This document shows positions 57,527 to 64,000 of a DNA stretch of 64,000 bases, in pieces. A program made the translations under genes and the position numbers. This stretch comes from Clostridia bacterium (GTDB lineage: Bacteria; Bacillota; Clostridia; Oscillospirales; CAG-272): NCBI GenBank assembly GCA_017533565.1, contig JAFXHU010000015.1, forward strand, positions 640 to 64,639. The letters are read 5' to 3'. Numbering within the stretch: the first letter of the stretch is position 1; each line of letters starts with the position of its first letter. The notes beneath the pieces are model-generated. The model was given only the letters and a program-made list of their open reading frames with translations, was not told the DNA's origin and did not search any database.

Positions 57527-58465
57527 TTAAAAGGGCTGGTAGGGAAGCTCGTCACTCAAAAGAAAAAGCGAAAAGGAAACGGCTCCCTCACCCGAAACCG
57601 TGAAGGTGACCTCGTCCCCCGCCATAAGCTGGACCTTGATGCTTTCGGTTGCGCTTGCGGTGAAGGCTCTTTCGCTTCCGTTTATTTTAAGCGAATACGC
57701 ACCCGTCTCGGATGCTCCCGTCAAAACGTATTCTCCCGCCTTCTCTGCGGTGAAGGCGTAGTAAACCGTACCTCCCGATAAATTTACCGTGTGAAGCGTG
57801 CCAAAAGATGGGGTAAACGGGTTTTTCTCCGTGCCCATCGGGTAGATGAGCGATGCCTGTGCATCTATGCCAACGCCGTTGTTCGTTATCAAAACGAGCG
57901 TTTCGCCCTCCGCGGTATAGAAAATGCTTCCGCGGACGTTGGTATGCACCTCTTTTCCGTCAAGCTTAACCGAAAGGCTCGGTGCATTTGGAACGTAAAG
58001 CGTGTTTTTGTCCCCACTCGGCTTTATGAGATAGTACGCGCTTTTGCCCGCGCCGAGCGAAATTGTGCAATCTCCGTCGATAACGTGCGGATTGTTCTTC
58101 GTGCCCTCGGTTTGTATAGGGCTTTTAAGCGTGAGGACGTGAAGGCTCGAGTCCTTTCCGAAATTTATAACGAGGCTGCTTGCAATTATCTCGTATTCGG
58201 GCGGGAAGGAAACGATTTTAAGCGTGTATTCCCCGTAAAGCAGGTGCGAGGACGCGCGTCCGTCCTTTCCCGTGGTCACCGTGTCAAGCACGCGCGAGCC
58301 TTCGCGAATTTCCACGGTCACGCCCTCCACGGGCATATCGTAGCTGTTGTACACCGCAACCGTAAGGCTGCCCTCCTTCTCGGAAACCTCCGTCCTGTGG
58401 GCACAGGAGGCAAGCACCCCCATAAGCAGCACCGCAATCAATATAAGACAAACCGACCTTTTCAT
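57527..58465 (-). CDS. Lipoprotein with prealbumin-like beta-sandwich and repeated beta domains
   Basis: LASC lipobox; P.EGV.V....TTG.DG.A...L.YG.Y motif; two GT..NP repeats. Confidence 0.75.
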   Translation of the reverse strand: MKRSVCLILIAVLLMGVLASCAHRTEVSEKEGSLTVAVYNSYDMPVEGVTVEIREGSRVLDTVTTGKDGRASSHLLYGEYTLKIVSFPPEYEIIASSLVINFGKDSSLHVLTLKSPIQTEGTKNNPHVIDGDCTISLGAGKSAYYLIKPSGDKNTLYVPNAPSLSVKLDGKEVHTNVRGSIFYTAEGETLVLITNNGVGIDAQASLIYPMGTEKNPFTPSFGTLHTVNLSGGTVYYAFTAEKAGEYVLTGASETGAYSLKINGSERAFTASATESIKVQLMAGDEVTFTVSGEGAVSFSLFLLSDELPYQPF

Positions 58466-58590
58466 AACAAATCTCCAAGCTTCTTTTTTCAAGTGAATAT
58501 TGTAGCACATTAAGCTCCGTTTGTCAATTCCTTGTTTTGGAAGGACTTCTTTTTTTATTTCAATTTCCTTACTTTACTTGTTTTTGCTTA

Positions 58591-59517
58591 TTAAATTCTG
58601 CGAAGATTTAAATCGTCGACGAATTTGCAGGCTGCGAGGGCGGCTACGGTGCCGTCTGCGGTGGCGGTGGTTACCTGTCTTACCGATTTTGTGCGGCAAT
58701 CGCCCGCGACAAAGACGCCCTCGATTTTGGACTCGGGGACACAGCTCTCGCCCGCCTCGGCGTAGCCCCACCTGTTAAGCGTGACCACGTCGGCAAACGC
58801 CTCGCACTGCGGCACCTGTCCGATTGCAACGAACATTCCGTCCGCCCCGAGCATAAACTTTCCGTCGATGTCCTGGTATATGATACCCGCGAATTTGCCG
58901 TCCTCCTCCAGAATGCCGTACACCTGTGCGCCGAGGATAAATTTGACGTTATCACGTGCGTCAAGTACGGTTTTAAGGCTCTTTTCGCCTGTAACCTCGC
59001 CAAGATTTTGTACGATTACAACCTCACGTGCCGTTTCGGAAAGGAGTATTGCCTCCTGGAGTGCGGAGTTTCCGCCTCCGACGACTATAACCTTTTTGTC
59101 CTTGTAAAAGGCGCCGTCGCAAACCGCACAAAAGGAGATGCCCTCGCCGATAAATTTTTCCTCGTTATAAAGTCCGAGCCTTCTATGCGTAGAGCCGGTG
59201 GCAATTATAACCGCCTTTGCGGTGTACTCGCCGCCCTCGCATTTTACGGTAATATTGCCTCTTTTGCCGCCGAGTCCCACAACCGTGTCAAGCTCTATTT
59301 CCGCGCCGAGGTCGGTCGCATGCTCGAAAAGCAAATCTCCAAGCTCCGCACCCGAAAGAGAGCGAGAGCCGGGGTAGTTTTCAACCCTTGGCGACTTTGT
59401 AATCTGCCCGCCGAAGCACTCCTTTTCAATAAGCAAAACGCTCTTTTCCGCGCGCCTTGCGTATATAGCGGCGGTAAGTCCCGCGGGACCCGCGCCGACG
59501 ATAATTATATCATACAT
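58591..59517 (-). CDS. trxB: Thioredoxin reductase
   Basis: GAGPAGLTAAIY, CAVCDG, GGGNSA and GVF.AGD. Confidence 0.93.
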   Translation of the reverse strand: MYDIIIVGAGPAGLTAAIYARRAEKSVLLIEKECFGGQITKSPRVENYPGSRSLSGAELGDLLFEHATDLGAEIELDTVVGLGGKRGNITVKCEGGEYTAKAVIIATGSTHRRLGLYNEEKFIGEGISFCAVCDGAFYKDKKVIVVGGGNSALQEAILLSETAREVVIVQNLGEVTGEKSLKTVLDARDNVKFILGAQVYGILEEDGKFAGIIYQDIDGKFMLGADGMFVAIGQVPQCEAFADVVTLNRWGYAEAGESCVPESKIEGVFVAGDCRTKSVRQVTTATADGTVAALAACKFVDDLNLRRI

Positions 59518-59589
59518 ATATCGTACCTCTTTGCCGTTATCTGTTAGCTTAAATAGCCCCTCACAAGTGAAGGGCTATTTGTTTTTATT

Positions 59590-61977
59590 TTACTTTGATT
59601 CAATGTATTTTTTGATTTCGGAAACGCCGACAAATCTGTTGTAGGCATCACCCTGCGTTACGATAAGGGTAGGTGCTTGCTTTATCTCAAACGCCGAAAC
59701 AAGCTCCGCATTTTCGTTTGCGAGAAGAACCTCGTAGCCGATTCCGGCCTTGTCAAGAAGGAGCTTTGCCGCCTTACAGTTGGGGCAGGTCGAGGTGGTG
59801 AAAAGAAGCACTCTTTCGGGAGCGTCAACCTTTACCTCCTTGTTCGGAGTGCCGAACTTTTCCGCGCGCTCCTCGTCGGTAAGGGGGCATTTGCCCATCG
59901 CCTTTTCGTGGGTGTAAACCTTACGTGCCTTGTATTCCTCCGCCTTACCGTCGTTCCAGTTTTGTACGGGACGGTAGTAGCCGGTTATACGGCTGTAAAC
60001 CTCGGTCTTTTCACCGCATTCGGGGCAGATAAACTGCTCGCCTGCGAGATAACCGTGATTCTTACATACCGAGTAGGTCGGGGAAATCGAATAATAGGGA
60101 AGCCTGTAATGCTCCGCAATGGTACGCACGAGGGTTGCCGCACTTCTCCAATCGGGAAGCTTTTCGCCGAGGAAGGCGTGGAATACCGTACCCGACGTGT
60201 AAAGGGTGTGAAGCTCGTCCTGCATATCGAGAGCCTCGAAAATATCGTCGGTGTAGCCAACGGGAAGGTGGCTCGAGTTGGTGTAGTAGGGTGTGCCGCC
60301 GTCGGTTTTATCGGACGCGGTAATAATGTCGGGATAGAACTTTTTGTCGTGCTTTGCAAGACGGAAGGAGGTGGACTCCGCAGGGGTAGCCTCGAGGTTA
60401 TAGAGGTCGCCGTACTGCTCCTGATAGTCGGAAAGACGGTTTCTCATATGGTTAAGCACGTCCTTCGTGAACTGTCTGGTTTCCTCGTGGGTCATATCCT
60501 TCTTAAGCCACTTTGCATTGAGTCCCGCCTCGTTCATACCGACAAGGCCGATGGTGGAAAAGTGGTTTGCAAACGTGCCGAGATAACGCTTTGTATAGGG
60601 GTAAAGGCCCTCCGCAAGAAGCTTTGTGATAACGTCGCGCTTAATCTTAAGCGAGCGTGCCGAAATATCCATAAGCCTGTCAAGACGCTTGTAGAAATCC
60701 GCCTCGTCGGTTGCGAGATACGCGATACGCGGCATATTGATGGTTACAACGCCGATAGAGCCTGTGGACTCACCGCTACCGAAGAAGCCGCCCGACTTTT
60801 TACGAAGCTCGCGAAGGTCAAGGCGAAGTCGGCAGCACATAGAGCGCACGTCGCTCGGCTCCATATCCGAATTAATGTAGTTGGAGAAGTAGGGAGTACC
60901 GTATTTCGCGGTCATTTCAAAGAGAAGCTTGTTATTCTCGGTCTCCGACCAGTCGAAATCACGGGTGATGGAGTAGGTGGGAATGGGGTACTGGAAGCCT
61001 CTGCCGTTTGCGTCGCCCTCAATCATCGTTTCGATGAAGGCGCGGTTAACCATATCCATTTCCTTCTTACAGTCCTTGTACTTAAAGTCCATCTCCTTGC
61101 CGCCGACGATGGCATTCATTTCCGCGAGGTCGGCGGGAACGGTCCAGTCGAGGGTTATGTTGGAGAAGGGAGCCTGTGTACCCCATCTTGACGGGGTGTT
61201 AACACCGTAAATAAAGGATTCTACGCATTTTTTAACCGCATCGTAGGAGAGATTGTCAACCTTTACAAAGGGGGCAAGGTATGTGTCAAAGGAGGAGAAT
61301 GCCTGTGCGCCCGCCCACTCGTTTTGCATAATGCCGAGGAAGTTTACCATCTGATTGCAAAGGGTTGCAAGATGCTTTGCAGGTGCGGAGGTAATCTTTC
61401 CCGTTACACCGCCAAGACCCTCTTGAATAAGCTGCTTGAGCGACCAGCCCGCGCAATAGCCCGTAAGCATAGAAAGGTCGTGAATGTGAATCTCCGCGTT
61501 TCTGTGCGCGTTTGCGATTTCGTCGTCGTAAACCTCGGAAAGCCAATAGTTTGCCGTAATCGCGCCCGAGTTGGAAAGGATAAGACCGCCGACGGAGTAG
61601 GTGACGGTAGAGTTTTCCTTAACGCGCCAATCGGCAACCTTTACGTAATTGTCAACGATTTCCTTGTAGTTAAGGACGGTGGAGGACATATTACGCATCT
61701 TCTCGTGCTGACGGCGGTAGAGAATGTATGCCTTTGCCACGTCGTCGTAGCCCGCCTGGATAAGCACGCGCTCAACGCTGTCCTGAATATCCTCGACGGA
61801 GATGTGATGGTCAACTATTTTCTTTGAAAAGTCCGCCGTGACCTTCAGTGCGAGAAAGTCAATGACGTCCTGGTTATATTCGGTTTCGGTTGCCTCGAAG
61901 GCAAGCTTGATTGCATCGGCAATTTTCTTGATGTCAAAGCTGACGATTTTGCCGTCGCGCTTTAATACTGCGTACAT
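59590..61977 (-). CDS. nrdD: Class III (anaerobic) ribonucleoside-triphosphate reductase with ATP cone and C-terminal glutaredoxin-like domain
   Basis: V.KRDG ATP cone, SMCCRL, ATPAES, C..H/CPECG zinc site, SRITGYY glycyl loop, then FTTSTCPNC...QAPTL. Confidence 0.95.
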   Translation of the reverse strand: MYAVLKRDGKIVSFDIKKIADAIKLAFEATETEYNQDVIDFLALKVTADFSKKIVDHHISVEDIQDSVERVLIQAGYDDVAKAYILYRRQHEKMRNMSSTVLNYKEIVDNYVKVADWRVKENSTVTYSVGGLILSNSGAITANYWLSEVYDDEIANAHRNAEIHIHDLSMLTGYCAGWSLKQLIQEGLGGVTGKITSAPAKHLATLCNQMVNFLGIMQNEWAGAQAFSSFDTYLAPFVKVDNLSYDAVKKCVESFIYGVNTPSRWGTQAPFSNITLDWTVPADLAEMNAIVGGKEMDFKYKDCKKEMDMVNRAFIETMIEGDANGRGFQYPIPTYSITRDFDWSETENNKLLFEMTAKYGTPYFSNYINSDMEPSDVRSMCCRLRLDLRELRKKSGGFFGSGESTGSIGVVTINMPRIAYLATDEADFYKRLDRLMDISARSLKIKRDVITKLLAEGLYPYTKRYLGTFANHFSTIGLVGMNEAGLNAKWLKKDMTHEETRQFTKDVLNHMRNRLSDYQEQYGDLYNLEATPAESTSFRLAKHDKKFYPDIITASDKTDGGTPYYTNSSHLPVGYTDDIFEALDMQDELHTLYTSGTVFHAFLGEKLPDWRSAATLVRTIAEHYRLPYYSISPTYSVCKNHGYLAGEQFICPECGEKTEVYSRITGYYRPVQNWNDGKAEEYKARKVYTHEKAMGKCPLTDEERAEKFGTPNKEVKVDAPERVLLFTTSTCPNCKAAKLLLDKAGIGYEVLLANENAELVSAFEIKQAPTLIVTQGDAYNRFVGVSEIKKYIESK

Positions 61978-62062
61978 TTTTTCCTCCTGTTGATGTTATA
62001 TTTCGTTTTGTTTAAAGTCGAAGCGGGGATAGAAAAAACGCTCCCCGAAAGCGTGTACATAA

Positions 62063-62091
62063 AGTATACACCAAAAGGAGCGCTTTGTCAA
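62063..62091 (-). promoter_or_regulatory. Sigma-A promoter of nrdD
   Basis: TTGACA-17 bp-TATACT on the minus strand. Confidence 0.75.
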
Positions 62092-62097
62092 CACAAA

Positions 62098-62144
62098 ACA
62101 CAAAATATTGATAAATTTGTAGATTTTTCCACAATATGTAGTAT
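62098..62144. promoter_or_regulatory. Tandem NrdR boxes
   Basis: ACACAAAATATTGATA (62098) and CCACAATATGTAGTAT (62129), 31 bp apart, fit acaCwAtATaTwGtg. Confidence 0.75.
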
Positions 62145-62146
62145 TT

Positions 62147-62830
62147 TTAGCCACGAATTTTGGCACTCGGTATTTTAACCTTTAGCAGATTTAACAAATC
62201 GCAAAGCCCGTTTTTGTCATATCCGTTAAGTCCCGATTTTATACAGTCGCCCGAGTCGGCGAAGCTCTGTAAAAAGAAGGCGTTTGCACCCGACAGCCAA
62301 TTGCCAATATTTGTAAAATCCTCGGCGGAGTGAAGCTCCTTTACCACGGTTGTGCGGAACTCGTAATCAATGCCCGAGCGCATAATCATATCCGCGCTTT
62401 CTTCAATCTTCGATATATCGATATCCACTCCCGCAACCGCGGAATACCTCTCGCGAGAGGTTTTTATATCCATTGCAATATAATCGACAAGACCTCCCGA
62501 AATAAGCTCCGAAAGCACCTCGGGGCGGTAGCCGTTGGTGTCAAGCTTTACCGCGTAGCCCATATCGCGCACCCGCTTTATAAAGGGAATGAGGTCGGGC
62601 TGGAGCGTCGGCTCGCCTCCCGAAATGCAAACGCCCGAAAGCCTTCCGCGCCGCTTTTCGAGAAAATCAAAGATTTCCTCCTCGGGAATAGCGTAGCCAC
62701 CGTTTTTTACCACGAGCGAGGCGTTGTGGCAAAACGGACAGCGAAAATTGCAGCCCGCCGTGAATATAGTACAGCCAACTCTCCCCGGAAAGTCGAGAAG
62801 CGTGAGCTTTTGAAGTCCTTTTATTATCAT
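62147..62830 (-). CDS. nrdG: Anaerobic RNR activating radical SAM enzyme
   Basis: L.DFPG...FT.GCNFRCPFCHN, SGGEPT, KLDTNG and YEFRTT. Confidence 0.92.
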   Translation of the reverse strand: MIIKGLQKLTLLDFPGRVGCTIFTAGCNFRCPFCHNASLVVKNGGYAIPEEEIFDFLEKRRGRLSGVCISGGEPTLQPDLIPFIKRVRDMGYAVKLDTNGYRPEVLSELISGGLVDYIAMDIKTSRERYSAVAGVDIDISKIEESADMIMRSGIDYEFRTTVVKELHSAEDFTNIGNWLSGANAFFLQSFADSGDCIKSGLNGYDKNGLCDLLNLLKVKIPSAKIRG

Positions 62831-62872
62831 ACAAGCTCCTTTTATATCCATTTGTTGTAGTCTGTGCTTTAA

Positions 62873-64000
62873 TCAATCCGTAAGCATTTTACGGCATTCA
62901 AGCAGCCAAAACAGGCAAGCTTTGGTTTCCTCTCCGTCCTCACCGTAAAGAGATTTGTAAATGCCGTAAGCCTCCTCGAAGCATTTTGCCGCCTCCGTGT
63001 AATTGCCTATGATCCGGTATTCGTCGGCAAGATAATAAATGAATTTCACCGACGTGCTATGCATTTTTCCGAGAGAGCGGACGGAAAGCTCCCGCCCCCT
63101 TTTGAAAAGGGAAGCCGCCTCCTCGTGCTTATTCAGAGTGGAGAGGGATAGACCGAGAGAAAGCATACAGAGAAGCGTATCGGGATGCGACTCTCCAAGG
63201 ACCTTGCACGCGATGCCGTGCGCCTTTAGTATAAGCTCGTGGGAGCGCTCAAGGTCACCGTTATCAAACAGCACCTCCGAAAGGTTGTATAAAGAAATTA
63301 CGGTGTCGGGATGCTCCTCTCCGAATATGCGACGGCACGTTACGTAAACTGCTTCCCAAACGTCAACCGTGCGCTCGTCCCCGCATTCGCAATACAGTCC
63401 CGCGAGATTTGCAAGCGCGGTAATTGTGTCGGGATGCTCCTTTCCAAGCGTTTCACAGCGAAGACGGTAGGCATTCTCAAGGTATTCCTTCGCCTCGTCG
63501 AGCATACCCCCGTTAAGGTAGCAGACTCCCAGATTGCTCATAGCAAAAAGCGTGGTGGAATGACGCTCTCCGAGAAAGCCCTTTGCCGCGTCAAACGCCT
63601 CCCTTGCATAGGTGAGTGCCGCCTCCCCGTCACCGATATAATCGTACGAGTAGCCGATATTCATAAGGCATATAATCGTTTGCTCGTCGGCTTCTCCGCG
63701 GGTCCTAAGGTTGTATTCGTAAAGCCTTTTTACCCATTTAAGCGCATTTGTAAAATCCCCTTGGCTGCGATACAGGTCGTAAAGAAGGTCTAAAGCCTCA
63801 TAATAATCCTGTCTTGCGGCAGAAATAATATACTCCATTCCGCGCTCACGGTCAACCTCAACGTCGATGCCGTTAAGGTAGGCAAGACCTATGAGATAAA
63901 GATGCTCGGGGTCGGTGTCGTTTTCGGGAGTGACGATACCGTCAAGAAAGCTATCGAGCCGCATATACATCGCCTCGCGCTCGTCGGTAGAGGTACAGTC
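62873..64000 (-). CDS. Tetratricopeptide-repeat protein (about 42-aa HPDT-type repeats), 5' end outside the window
   Basis: Repeated LG..HPDT...L.NL units; frame stays open to the window edge. Confidence 0.85.
   Translation of the reverse strand, partial: DCTSTDEREAMYMRLDSFLDGIVTPENDTDPEHLYLIGLAYLNGIDVEVDRERGMEYIISAARQDYYEALDLLYDLYRSQGDFTNALKWVKRLYEYNLRTRGEADEQTIICLMNIGYSYDYIGDGEAALTYAREAFDAAKGFLGERHSTTLFAMSNLGVCYLNGGMLDEAKEYLENAYRLRCETLGKEHPDTITALANLAGLYCECGDERTVDVWEAVYVTCRRIFGEEHPDTVISLYNLSEVLFDNGDLERSHELILKAHGIACKVLGESHPDTLLCMLSLGLSLSTLNKHEEAASLFKRGRELSVRSLGKMHSTSVKFIYYLADEYRIIGNYTEAAKCFEEAYGIYKSLYGEDGEETKACLFWLLECRKMLTD

Noticed and set aside
59677-61191. 504-aa plus-strand ORF
   Set aside because: Antisense shadow of nrdD, explained by codon bias

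Overview
Chromosomal window from a moderately GC-rich Bacillota (Clostridia-like) bacterium. Most of it is housekeeping and metabolism: ribU under an FMN riboswitch; the rpmH-rnpA-yidD-yidC-jag-mnmE operon, here with no dnaA facing it; hpt-mtaB-glyQS-luxS-mtnN; a DinG/XPD helicase; two GH78 and one GH151-like glycosidase; an ABC-F ATPase; an ARG-box-controlled amino-acid ABC importer; a sugar oxidoreductase/isomerase pair; three ADP-ribosylglycohydrolase-fold genes; pepF; trxB-nrdD(glutaredoxin fusion)-nrdG; and a TPR gene cut by the window edge. The standout is a compact, apparently intact 12.3-kb, 14-gene operon (21709-33964, minus strand) encoding only a podovirus-type particle. It has small and large terminase, portal, scaffold, capsid, adaptor, a nozzle carrying a BspA-type LRR insert, and three membrane proteins. 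It has no recognisable integrase, replication, repressor or endolysin genes, so it is a candidate domesticated gene-transfer-agent-like system. Two recurrent DNA motifs also stand out: a strand-biased CCCGTGTYAA (12 copies found by eye) and an 18-bp palindrome TGTAAATAATTATTTACA in transcribed intergenic regions. Other oddities are a probable ATC start codon and an in-frame amber stop. All calls come from reading motifs by eye; no database searches were run.
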